DNA of 32,000 nt from Candidatus Peribacter riflensis (GTDB lineage: Bacteria; Patescibacteriota; Gracilibacteria; Peribacterales; Peribacteraceae). The notes below the pieces were generated by a model. It saw only the letters and a program-made list of their open reading frames with translations. It was not told the DNA's origin and searched no databases. Both the position numbers and the translations under genes were made by a program. Shown in pieces: positions 1-9,100 of this stretch (position 1 is the stretch's first letter; each line of letters starts with the position of its first letter). The stretch covers positions 180,001-212,000 of the forward strand of contig CP013062.1 of the NCBI GenBank assembly GCA_001430755.1, given 5' to 3'.

Positions 1-533
1 TCATGCTGGCCAACTGGATGGGCATCTTGCCGGGCGTGGGGAGCATCACGATTCTAGGTGAGCACGACGGGCACATGCTCAATTTGCCGATTTTCCGCTC
101 CATGAATGCGGATGTGAACATGACCCTCGCCGTCGCGCTGATCTCGGTCATCGCCACGCAACTCTTTGGCATCGCGGCCCTCGGCGTGATGCCGTACGCC
201 AACAAATTTTTCGTGGCGCCCTGGCGCGATCCGATCGGGTCCTTCGTGGGGATTCTGGAGCTGATCGCAGAGATGGCGAAGATCATTTCGTTTACCTTCC
301 GTCTCTTCGGCAACATCTTCGCGGGCGAGGTGCTGCTCGTGGTCATCGGCTTCCTCATGCCATACGTCGCTCCCATTCCGTTTCTGGGGCTCGAGCTCTT
401 CGTGGGCTTCGTCCAGGCGCTGGTCTTCTCCATGCTCACCGCTGTCTTCCTCAAGATGGCCGTGACGGCGCATGGCGGGCATGAAGAGCACGGCCATGAA
501 GGGGGGCATGCGGTGGAAATGGCGCACGCGTGA
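1..533 (+). CDS. atpB: F0F1 ATP synthase subunit a, 5' end cut by the window edge
   Basis: ORF 3..533. Hydrophobic C-terminal half of subunit a with the conserved 'FTFRLFGNIFAGE' motif (essential Arg). Followed by the c, b, delta, alpha and gamma genes. Ends in a His/Glu-rich tail (HGGHEEHGHEGGH). Confidence 0.9.
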   Translation, partial: MLANWMGILPGVGSITILGEHDGHMLNLPIFRSMNADVNMTLAVALISVIATQLFGIAALGVMPYANKFFVAPWRDPIGSFVGILELIAEMAKIISFTFRLFGNIFAGEVLLVVIGFLMPYVAPIPFLGLELFVGFVQALVFSMLTAVFLKMAVTAHGGHEEHGHEGGHAVEMAHA

Positions 534-564
534 ACGCGCATGAGGCGATGGGACATGGAGCCCG

Positions 565-972
565 GTGGTTTTGAGGATGTGCGGTAATTCTGCTATCGTT
601 TTCAATATGAACAGCGCCATCAAAATACTCTCGAGTGCAGTGGGATTATCGCTGCTCTGGCTCGTCATGGGAATCGTATTTGTTCCTCTGGATGCAGTTG
701 ATCAGTTCAGCAATTACTTCGTGTTTGCTCTGCTCCACGCACTATTGTTCTTCCTTCCTTTGTCCATTGCACTGTTCTCTACACGCATGCGCTGGAGGAT
801 CTTCTCGGCAGCCATTCTCGTTCTCTATTTCATGATTGTTGCATTTTCCCTTCAGTTTCTCTTTTCTTCCTCGCTACACAAGCCCGTAGTATCGGATCTG
901 TTCACGCTTCTCTACATGGCACCGGGGATGTTTCCGTTTGCGCTCCTCACGGCCTTGGGAGGATCGATGTGA
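565..972 (+). CDS. hypothetical ~4-TM membrane protein inserted between atpB and atpE (AtpI-like size and topology, unproven)
   Basis: ORF 565..972 (GTG; alternative ATGs at 577 and 607). Four hydrophobic segments. GC is clearly lower than the flanks (about 43-47% in the two 60-nt lines I counted). No motif recognised. Confidence 0.5.
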   Translation: MVLRMCGNSAIVFNMNSAIKILSSAVGLSLLWLVMGIVFVPLDAVDQFSNYFVFALLHALLFFLPLSIALFSTRMRWRIFSAAILVLYFMIVAFSLQFLFSSSLHKPVVSDLFTLLYMAPGMFPFALLTALGGSM

Positions 973-1064
973 CGCCATCATGGCCACGTGAAGAGATCTG
1001 AAGATATTGAGTAAGCAATACAAATAATAACAGTCAAATATTGGCGGAGTCGGCTCTTAGACCC

Positions 1065-1093
1065 TTGATTGTCTCTTGCCCCGTCCCTACAAT
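1065..1093 (+). promoter_or_regulatory. sigma70-like internal promoter ahead of atpE
   Basis: TTGATT (1065-1070), a 17-nt spacer, then TACAAT (1088-1093), 40 nt upstream of the atpE ATG. Confidence 0.45.
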
Positions 1094-1133
1094 CCGCGGC
1101 GTTTTCTCATCTCCACTTCTTTCCCACTTTTTT

Positions 1134-1391
1134 ATGCCAGAAGTCGCAGAAGTCGCCCAGACCGCCGTGTCTTCGATCGACAAGAACCTGCTGGTGGCCA
1201 TCACCATGGGATTCGGTGCGCTCGTCCCTGCCTTCTCCATCGGTTGGATGGGGAGCAAGGCCATGGAGGCCATCGGCCGCAATCCCGAGGCCGCGAACCG
1301 CATCCAGACGCCGATGGTTCTCGCCGTCGCGTTCACGGAAGCCATCGCGATCTACTCGCTCGTCGTGGCCCTCATTATCAAGTTCGTCTGA
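1134..1391 (+). CDS. atpE: F0F1 ATP synthase subunit c
   Basis: In-frame ATG at 1134 inside ORF 1041..1391 gives an 85-aa two-helix hairpin protein. Polar loop 'GRNPEA' and carboxylate in 'AFTEAIAIYS'. The longer N-terminal ORF extension is not c-subunit-like. Confidence 0.9.
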   Translation: MPEVAEVAQTAVSSIDKNLLVAITMGFGALVPAFSIGWMGSKAMEAIGRNPEAANRIQTPMVLAVAFTEAIAIYSLVVALIIKFV

Positions 1392-1480
1392 TTTCCAGTG
1401 TTCAGCGTTGAGCGATCAGTGAACAGCATAAGCAGCTGATCGCCTGCCGTTGACCATCGATTCTTCTCCTCCCGCGTTCC

Positions 1481-1987
1481 ATGGAATTGCTCTTAAAACT
1501 CGGCATTAACTGGCAGCTGCTCATCGCGCAGATCGTGAACTTTGCGATCGTGATGGGAGTGCTGGGGTTCTTCCTCTACCGTCCCATCCTGAATTTGCTC
1601 GATGCCCGCGCAGAGCGCATCCGCAAGGCCATGGAAGATGCCAAGCGCGTCGAGAACCAGATGCAGGAGCTGCACAAGCTCCGCGAGGAAGAGATGAAGC
1701 GTCTCGATAAAGAGAGCGGCGAGTATTTCGACCGCATGCGCAAAGAGGCCCAGGCCCTGCACGAAGAGATGATGGCCACTGCCAAGAAAGAGGCGGAAAC
1801 AACGCTCCAGAACGCGCTCAAGCGCATCGATGAGGAGCGCCGGGTCATGATGGAGGATGTCATGAAGACCGTGAATACCGTGATCGTACGCATGACGGAG
1901 AAGCTCCTCGAGCGGGAGTTCACCCCCGCCGACCAGAAGCGTATTCAGGAGAACCTCGTTGCAGAACTTCCCCAGTCGATGCGATGA
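1481..1987 (+). CDS. atpF: F0F1 ATP synthase subunit b
   Basis: 168 aa. One N-terminal TM helix followed by a long charged coiled-coil-like region. Operon position. Its stop overlaps the atpH start (ATGA at 1984-1987). Confidence 0.85.
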   Translation: MELLLKLGINWQLLIAQIVNFAIVMGVLGFFLYRPILNLLDARAERIRKAMEDAKRVENQMQELHKLREEEMKRLDKESGEYFDRMRKEAQALHEEMMATAKKEAETTLQNALKRIDEERRVMMEDVMKTVNTVIVRMTEKLLEREFTPADQKRIQENLVAELPQSMR

Positions 1988-2397
1988 AGGTGTCTGCCGC
2001 TTCCCTTGCCCGGGCGTTCGTAGAGATCGCAAAGACGATTCCGGAAGGGGACGTGGGTGCGCTTGGGGAGGCTGCCGCCCAGATGCTGATTCAGCACGGA
2101 CTGACCAGGCAGTCACATGCCTTTCTGCGTCTCGTGGAGCGCGAGTGGCTCAAGCGCGATGGCGCAGTGCCCGTGCGCATCACGACCGTATCGGGCCATG
2201 CCGGCCCTCTGGCGAAGGAGATTGCGGATACTGTCGAGAAGGCTCTCAAGCGCGCCTGTCATATCGAGGAGCGTGCCGACCCAGCGCTGATGGGGGGCGT
2301 CCTCCTCCAGGTCGGCGATGAGCGGTACGATGCCACCCTTCGTGGTGCCCTCTCGGTGCTCGCAGCCCGCCTCGCCGAGCCCGTCTCTGTTTCCTAA
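1984..2397 (+). CDS. atpH: F0F1 ATP synthase subunit delta (OSCP), short form of 137 aa
   Basis: The C-terminal 'DPALMGGVLLQVGDERYDATLRGAL' matches the OSCP signature. Located between the b and alpha genes. Confidence 0.8.
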   Translation: MKVSAASLARAFVEIAKTIPEGDVGALGEAAAQMLIQHGLTRQSHAFLRLVEREWLKRDGAVPVRITTVSGHAGPLAKEIADTVEKALKRACHIEERADPALMGGVLLQVGDERYDATLRGALSVLAARLAEPVSVS

Positions 2398-2437
2398 CCC
2401 TCCCCCTAACCCTCACCCTATCCCTCCCCCCTAACCC
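2393..2437 (+). repeat. C-rich hexamer tract (CCCTAA/CCCTCA/CCCTCC/CCCTAT) filling the atpH-atpA spacer
   Basis: The sequence 'cctaaccctccccctaaccctcaccctatccctcccccctaaccc' runs directly into the atpA ATG at 2438. It is the complement of the GGGTKA units seen at 5008, 19755 and 23757. Confidence 0.75.
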
Positions 2438-3967
2438 ATGTCCGTCAGCCAGACACTCCTCAAGGCCCTCGAAGATCGCGTCGCATCCTATCGCAAGGAT
2501 GTGAAGCATGAGCACGTCGGCACGGTGCTCTCGGTCGGTGACGGTATCGCCACGGTTTCGGGCCTCTCGAAAGTCGGTGCCGCAGAAATGATCGATTTCG
2601 GCAAGGGCGTGATGGGGGTGGCGTTCAACCTCGAAGAGGATCACGTGGGTGTGATCGTGCTTGGGGATGACAGCAAGATCAAAGAGGGCGATACGGCCAA
2701 ATCGACCGGCCAGATTCTTTCGGTGCCCGTGGGCGAGGCAATGATCGGACGCGTGGTGAATCCGCTGGGCGAGGCCAAAGACGGCGGCTCGGCCCTTGCG
2801 AGCAAGCAGCGCTACCCGATCGAAAAGATCGCCCCCCGCGTTATCGAGCGCAAGTCCGTGACCGTGCCGCTCCAGACCGGTATCAAGGCGATCGATGCAC
2901 TCATCCCCATCGGGCGCGGCCAGCGCGAACTCATCATCGGCGACCGCCAGACGGGCAAGACCGCCGTGGCGCTCGATGCCATCATCAACCAGAAAGAAAC
3001 GCAGAACACGGATCGCCCTGTTATCTGCATCTACGTCGCGATTGGCCAGAAGGAATCCAAAGTCGCCAAGATCGTCTCGGAACTCAAAAAGCACGGTGCC
3101 ATGGAGTACACCATCGTCGTCTCGGCCGGCGCATCAGAGCCCGCGTCGCTCTCGTACATCGCCCCCTTCGCGGGATGCGCCATGGGCGAGTACTTCCTCG
3201 ATCAGGGCAAAGACGTGCTCTGCATCTACGACGATCTCTCGAAGCACGCCTGGGCCTACCGCCAGGTCTCGCTGCTGCTCCGTCGTCCTCCGGGACGCGA
3301 GGCCTACCCGGGCGACGTGTTCTACCTCCACTCCAGGCTCCTCGAGCGTGCGTGCTGCCTGGATGAGAAGCATGGCGGTGGATCGCTCACGGCTCTGCCG
3401 ATCATCGAGACGCAGGCCGGCGACATCTCCGCCTACATCCCCACGAACGTCATTTCGATCACCGACGGACAGATCTACCTCGAATCCGATCTGTTCTACA
3501 AGGGCATCCGTCCCGCGCTCAACATCGGTCTTTCGGTCTCGCGTGTGGGATCCGCCGCACAGCGCAAATCCATGAAGAAAGTTGCGGGGCGCCTCCGCAT
3601 CGACCTGGCCCAGTACCGCGAGCTGGCGGTGTTCGCGCAGTTCGGATCTGACCTCGATGCCGAAACCAAAAAGCAGCTCGACCGGGGAGCGCGCTTAACC
3701 GAGCTCCTCAAGCAGGAGCAGTACGTTCCGGTACCCGTGGCGGAGCAGGTGTCCGTGCTCTACGCCGGTGTGAACAGCCTGCTCGATGACGTGCCCGTGG
3801 ATCAGATCCGTCGCTTTGAACGGGAGTTCGTTTCGTTCCTCCGCAACAAGCATCCGCAGCTCTTAAAGGAGCTCACGGCCGAGATCAAGCCCGAGACGGA
3901 AGAGACGCTGAAGAGGCTTCTTCAAACGTTTAAGGCCGAAGCAGGATTTATTTCTGTTTCCAAGTGA
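2438..3967 (+). CDS. atpA: F0F1 ATP synthase subunit alpha
   Basis: 509 aa. Walker A 'GDRQTGKT' and '[21 protein letters not shown]'. Full-length alpha pattern. Confidence 0.97.
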   Translation: MSVSQTLLKALEDRVASYRKDVKHEHVGTVLSVGDGIATVSGLSKVGAAEMIDFGKGVMGVAFNLEEDHVGVIVLGDDSKIKEGDTAKSTGQILSVPVGEAMIGRVVNPLGEAKDGGSALASKQRYPIEKIAPRVIERKSVTVPLQTGIKAIDALIPIGRGQRELIIGDRQTGKTAVALDAIINQKETQNTDRPVICIYVAIGQKESKVAKIVSELKKHGAMEYTIVVSAGASEPASLSYIAPFAGCAMGEYFLDQGKDVLCIYDDLSKHAWAYRQVSLLLRRPPGREAYPGDVFYLHSRLLERACCLDEKHGGGSLTALPIIETQAGDISAYIPTNVISITDGQIYLESDLFYKGIRPALNIGLSVSRVGSAAQRKSMKKVAGRLRIDLAQYRELAVFAQFGSDLDAETKKQLDRGARLTELLKQEQYVPVPVAEQVSVLYAGVNSLLDDVPVDQIRRFEREFVSFLRNKHPQLLKELTAEIKPETEETLKRLLQTFKAEAGFISVSK

Positions 3968-4030
3968 GAATTATGAATGAGGAATTATGAATTAAGTATG
4001 GCGATATCATGCGTTATTCATAATTCTCAC
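3964..4030. repeat. AT-rich inverted repeat (hairpin) in the atpA-atpG spacer
   Basis: GTGAGAATTATGAAT (3964-3978) is the exact reverse complement of ATTCATAATTCTCAC (4016-4030). The left arm includes the atpA stop codon. Tandem GAGGAATTATGAAT units lie inside, and a pyrimidine tract 'ttcttcattcttcattcctttcctc' follows. Confidence 0.85.
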
Positions 4031-4077
4031 TTCTTCATTCTTCATTCCTTTCCTCACTCCAACCACTCGCTCAATAC

Positions 4078-5004
4078 ATGGCTCGCAGTCTCAGAGACTT
4101 ACGGCGCAAAATGAAGGCCATCAAGGCCACCCACCAGGTGACCAAGGCCATGGAGCTCGTGGCGGCTTCCAAGATGCGCCGCGCGGTCTCGAATGCGCAG
4201 AAGCTGCGGCACTACGCCTTCCTCGCGTGGCAGGTATTGCAGAAGCTGGCCGATGTGCATCCCGAATTGCATCCCTACCTGCAGAAACGAGAGCCGAAGA
4301 AGATCCTCGCGATCCTCTTCACACCCGATCGCGGAATGTGCGGCAACCTGAATGCCCAGTTGCTGCGCACGACCACGCAGTACATTCAGGGCCTCAAGAA
4401 GCTCCCCACGTTCGAGTCCGTCGAATTCATTGCGGTCGGCCGCAAGGGCCAGCACTTTCTGCCGCGCATGAACCAGAAGGTGGTTGCAGCCTTCCCGGCC
4501 TTCTCGAGCTACCCCACCTTCAAAGATATCCTGCCCATCGCCCGCATGGCCACCGAGGGCTTTCTTGCGGGAACCTACGACTCCGTCTCGCTCATCTACC
4601 CCGATTTCATCTCGGCCCTGGTCCAGGAATCGACGGTGAAGGTGTTGCTGCCGTTCTCGACGACCGAGCTCAAAGAAATGCTCGAGAGCCTGCTCCCGCG
4701 TAAGTACCGCAAAGAATCGCAGGCCGCCCTCCACGCCGAGGGGGTGGGGGAATACGTCCTGGAGCCTTCGGCCGATGCGATTCTGCAGACCATCCTGCCC
4801 CAACTCACCGAGATCCAGGTCTACCAGGCCATTCTGGAAGCCGGCGCCTCGGAGCACTCTGCGCGGATGGTGGCGATGCGTGCTGCTTCCGACAACGCCA
4901 CGGAGCTCCTGGATGATCTCACTATCGTCTACAACCAGACGCGGCAGGCGAAGATCACCTCAGAGCTCTCGGAGCTGACGGCGGCCAAGGCGGCGCTGGA
5001 GTAG
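4078..5004 (+). CDS. atpG: F0F1 ATP synthase subunit gamma
   Basis: 308 aa. N-terminal 'IKATHQVTKAMELVAASKMRRA' and C-terminal 'NQTRQAKITSELSELTAAKAALE' are typical of gamma. Confidence 0.93.
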   Translation: MARSLRDLRRKMKAIKATHQVTKAMELVAASKMRRAVSNAQKLRHYAFLAWQVLQKLADVHPELHPYLQKREPKKILAILFTPDRGMCGNLNAQLLRTTTQYIQGLKKLPTFESVEFIAVGRKGQHFLPRMNQKVVAAFPAFSSYPTFKDILPIARMATEGFLAGTYDSVSLIYPDFISALVQESTVKVLLPFSTTELKEMLESLLPRKYRKESQAALHAEGVGEYVLEPSADAILQTILPQLTEIQVYQAILEAGASEHSARMVAMRAASDNATELLDDLTIVYNQTRQAKITSELSELTAAKAALE

Positions 5005-5007
5005 GAA

Positions 5008-5028
5008 TAGGGTGAGGGTTAGGGCAGG
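5008..5028. repeat. GGGTKA-type G-tract motif copy
   Basis: 'tagggtgagggttagggcagg' lies immediately after the atpG stop codon, in the convergent spacer before the minus-strand gene ending at 5039. Confidence 0.6.
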
Positions 5029-5038
5029 ATTCCAGTCT

Positions 5039-5956
5039 CTATTTGGCAGCCGGCGCCGTTTTCGTGACGATGCGGATATCCATGCCTTTCGCTGTGTACT
5101 CCTGTGTCTGCTGCCTCAACGCAGTGATGATTTCCTGCGCAATCTGCGGACGGGCAGGATCCGAAAAGACGATGAACGTAAACTGCGGGAGCTTCTCGCC
5201 GTAGGCATGGCTGCCTGAAGCGATCTTGAGGGCCAGGAGGGCCTCTTCGATGGCGTGCGGAACGTTGTGCGGATCAGAGACCGTGAAGGCGTTGATGCCT
5301 GGCAGTCTCTGCAGTCGGCCGTCGGTACAGTCCACTGCTGCCGCAATGCCGGTGTGCGGCCCTTTCGTCATGGGCGCATCGCCGGTGTGCACGGCGTTGA
5401 TGCCGCGGGCTTTGAGTCGTTCGACGATGGTACCGCGCTGGAAGTTTTCTGCTGCCTTGTCGGGGTTGGGGGACTCTCCGAAAGCGATTCCGGCAGCACC
5501 GCAGGCGATGTGTGAGCTTAACTTTACCGTGATGGAATGGAGAGGCCGTTCCTTCCCAAGTGCGGTGACGTAGGTCACGACGGCATCGACGAGTTCATCT
5601 ACGTTCTTCCAGAGCACGCCCGATCCGGCCATGCGGAGCACGCGCTTGCCGGACTGCGTGGTCGCCTGCAGAAGCATGCGCTCGTCGATGCAGACCATCT
5701 CCACTTCGGTGACGGGTGCATTGCTGCAGTCGAAACATTCCTGCCACTGCTTCTCGTGGTCATCGAGCCATTCCTCGGGCTTCTGATTGAAGGGGTGGGC
5801 GAGTTCTTTTGCGAGCAGCGGAACCATATCGGGGTGGTGTCCGTGTTCTGCAGCGTGATCATCGTGTGACTGAGCAGTGGCCATATCGGGGAGGAGGGAA
5901 GTGGTGAGGGCGGCTGTACCCGTCAGGGTTTCTTTCAGGAAATCTCTGCGCGTCAT
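5039..5956 (-). CDS. Tat-signal protein with a beta-carbonic-anhydrase-like Cys/Asp/Arg...His/Cys zinc motif
   Basis: The ATG at 5956 is preceded by AGGAGGA (4-nt spacer). N-terminus 'MTRRDFLKETLTGTAALTTSLLPDMATA' is a twin-arginine signal. It is followed by the His-rich 'HDDHAAEHGHHPD'. 'VCIDERM', 'VLRMAGSG' and 'SSHIACGAAG' follow the beta-CA pattern CxDxR...RxAG...HxxCG. The longer ORF start at 6052 was rejected. Confidence 0.6.
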   Translation of the reverse strand: MTRRDFLKETLTGTAALTTSLLPDMATAQSHDDHAAEHGHHPDMVPLLAKELAHPFNQKPEEWLDDHEKQWQECFDCSNAPVTEVEMVCIDERMLLQATTQSGKRVLRMAGSGVLWKNVDELVDAVVTYVTALGKERPLHSITVKLSSHIACGAAGIAFGESPNPDKAAENFQRGTIVERLKARGINAVHTGDAPMTKGPHTGIAAAVDCTDGRLQRLPGINAFTVSDPHNVPHAIEEALLALKIASGSHAYGEKLPQFTFIVFSDPARPQIAQEIITALRQQTQEYTAKGMDIRIVTKTAPAAK

Positions 5957-6140
5957 GGCATCCTCCTGGGATGTGTGCCCGGTTTTCTGTGGGGGATCTT
6001 CGTCATGATACGGCACTTCAGTCATGGTGATGAGGGAAGAATTTCGAGGCATACTAAGGATTGCAGCAAGACTTTCAAGGCTCTAGGTGCAAAGAAATCC
6101 TAACATTGAATAAAAAAATTGTTCAAACAAGAGGTCGGAG

Positions 6141-6171
6141 AAAAACGGGCCACCACGAGGATCGTGGCCCG
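6141..6171 (-). terminator. rho-independent terminator of copA
   Basis: Read on the minus strand: CGGGCCAC, a 10-nt loop, GTGGCCCG, then TTTTT (plus-strand A-run 6141-6145). It starts 17 nt after the copA stop codon. Confidence 0.75.
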
Positions 6172-6187
6172 TTCCGAAACCGTGTTA

Positions 6188-9100
6188 TCACTTTTGAATC
6201 CTCAGCGTCGCAGGCACGAAATGCAGCTGGTCGAGGATGGTATCCGTCTTCGGGAGGATGCCTGCGATCAGCACACGGTTGCCGAAGAAGCCGTCGATGA
6301 CGTCGCCTGCATTGGTGAAGAGACCGTTTTCGATCATCATCTGCGCCTCGCTCGACCCCACGAAGATGGGGGTGGTGCGCTTGCCGTCGATGATGCGCGG
6401 CTCAAGGGCGAGGAGAGTGATGATCGAACGGAAGGTGGGGGGAATAGAAGCCGGAGTCGTCATGAACGCAAACAGCTTCAGATCGCCTTCATCATTCACG
6501 CCGAGGAGGGTTGCGCCCGAGGCAATGACCTCGAACGAGAGCCGGTTCACGATGTGTGCGAGATCGAGTGCGGTGCCCGTGGGTTTCAGGATGCCGATGA
6601 CCGTGGGAGTGGGCATGCCGAGGAATTCCTGGACCGTGTCGCCGATGCTGGAGTATTCGCCTTCTTCCCGCATGGCTGCCCCCTCCAATGAGCCGAGCAC
6701 CAGTTGCCGGTCACTCAGGGTCGCGGTCGTTCCCTCCTCAGCGGGGAGCGAAGCCGGGAGCGTATCTGTGCCGATGAGGAACTCCGGATCGGATCCCTCG
6801 TAGGCGATCACCGCCGTCTTGGGCGTAATGAGAGCGCTCACCTCCTGTACCGTCTGTGCGGGGATGCCCGTGCCCGGGCCGCTCTTCATGAGCGATGAGC
6901 TGAAGGCCGCAAATTCCAGAAAGAGCGCCGTGAAGGCGATCATCAGCACGAAGGGCGCCAGGAAGGAAATGAAATTGCGCTTGCGGGGCTTGAAGAAACG
7001 GATGAGCAGAGAGTTCGTCACGACGGAGATCGAGCTGAAAGCCATGGCGAGGCCCGCAAGCTCCGGCTGCAGCAGAAGCCCGAAGGTCGTATAGAACGCG
7101 CGGGCGGCGATGGGGATGCCGATCACGTTGTAGAAGAGCGCGAAGAACATGTTCTGCCGGATTTTGGACATGGTTTCCCGGGCGAGTTCGAGGGCGGTCA
7201 CAACGTCATTCAGGTCGTCTTTGATAATCACAATGCCGCCTGTTTCCATCGCCACATCCGTGCCCGAGCCCATGGCTATCCCTACATCGGCTTGTGCGAG
7301 TGCGGGGGCGTCGTTGATGCCGTCACCCACCATGGCGACCTTCTTGCCGCCTTCCTGGAGCTTCTTCACCTCGTTGGCCTTATCTTCGGGCAGCACCTCG
7401 GCGAGCACGGTGGTGATGCCGATCTCGCGGGCGATGGCGTTGGCGGTACGTTCGTTATCGCCCGAGATCATGACGATCTGCAGGCCCATGTTTTTCAGCG
7501 TCTGCACGGCTTCGCGTGATGTTGCTTTGACGGTGTCTGCAACGGCAACGGCGCCGAGAAGCTCTTTTTCCGTTGCGAGGATCATCACGGTTTTACCCTG
7601 CTCCTCCAGCTTGCGAATTTTGCGATCCTCCCGGCTGAAGGGGAGCCCCGCGATCTCGGTCATGAGCAGCCGGTTGCCGAAGTAGTACTTGGTGCCGTGG
7701 ATCACGCCCTCGATGCCGTGACCGGGGATGGCCGCAAATTTTTCAACATCGCCCGTCTCGATTCCTTCTTCTGTGGCATGGTTGGTGATCGCTTCGGCGA
7801 GGGGATGCTCGGAGGAGCGCTCCAGGCTTGCGGCGATTTCCACGATGTCTTCTTCTGCCATCGAACCGAACGTGAGAACATCGGTCACCTCAGGCTTGCC
7901 GTGCGTGAGCGTGCCGGTCTTGTCGAAGATGATGGTCTGGATCCTGCTCGCGGCCTCCAACGGCTCTCCGCCCTTGATGAGAATGCCGCGTTCGGCGCCC
8001 TTGCCGGTGCCCACCATGAGGGCGGTGGGTGTTGCGAGCCCGAGTGCGCAGGGGCAGGCGATGACGAGCACCGACGTGAAGGCCATGAGCGCGAACGAGA
8101 GCGACGCGCCGAAGACGAAGTACCACAGGCCGAAGGTCAGGAGTGCGATCAGGATAACAGCCGGAACGAACCACGCGGATGTGCGGTCGGCGAAGCCCTG
8201 AATGGGGGCCTTGCTGCCCTGTGCCTCCTCGATCAGACGGATGATCTGCGCGAGGGTCGATTCCTCGCCCACGCGTTCTGCCCGGAATTCGAAGCTTCCG
8301 TTCTTGTTGATGGTGGCTCCAATCACTTTATCGCCTGCATTTTTTTCTACAGGAATACTCTCGCCGGTCAGGAGGGATTCATCGACCGACGAATGCCCTT
8401 TGGTGATGGTGCCGTCCACGGGCACGGTCTCACCCGGACGCACGAGGATGATGTCGCCCACGGCCACGTCGTCGACGGGGATATCCACGGTCTTGCCGTT
8501 GCGGACCACGCGTGCGGTCTTGGCCCTGAGGCCCATCAGTTTGCGGATGGCGTCGGAAGTGCGTCCTTTCGCTTTGGTCTCGAGCCACTTGCCGAGCAGC
8601 ACAAACGTGATGAGGAACGCGGAGGTCTCGAAGTAGAGCTCTGGGATTTTGGCTCCCTGCAGCCCCAGAACTGTATTGTGTGCGGAGGCGAACGCGATGA
8701 AGTTGAACACGCTGTACACGTACGCCGCCGATGTGCCGATGGCGATGAGGCTATCCATGGAGAATGTCCACATTCTCAGGCTCGACCAGAATCCCTTGTA
8801 GAAGCCGGCACCCGCGATGAATTGCACCGGCGTGGCAAGTACGAGCGAGACGACACCGACGTACGCCGGAAACACCACGGCTCCCGGCAGCCACGGGAGA
8901 AAATCCAGCAGCATGAAGTAGAGCATCGGCGCACTCAGGACGAAGCTGAAGAGAAACCCGCGGCGGTAGTGGCGGATTTCCGCTTCGCGCTTGCGCCGGT
9001 CAAAATCGCGATCCTTCTCATCAACCAGAGTGGCCGTGTAACCGGCCTTCTGCACTGCCCGAACAAGATGGTCCACATTCGTCTTCGATGCGTCGAAGAG

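Noticed and set aside
478-533. His/Glu-rich C-terminal tail of subunit a considered as a metal site
   Set aside because: Short acidic or His-containing C-termini are common in subunit a. There is no periodic motif. Not enough to claim a function.
1-5004. N-type (Na+) ATPase operon hypothesis, prompted by the extra membrane ORF and the missing beta/epsilon genes
   Set aside because: A delta/OSCP gene is present. The gene order differs from atpDCQRBEFAG. The c subunit lacks the Na+ ligand pattern: Trp where the helix-1 Gln would be, and 'TEA' instead of 'ES/T'.
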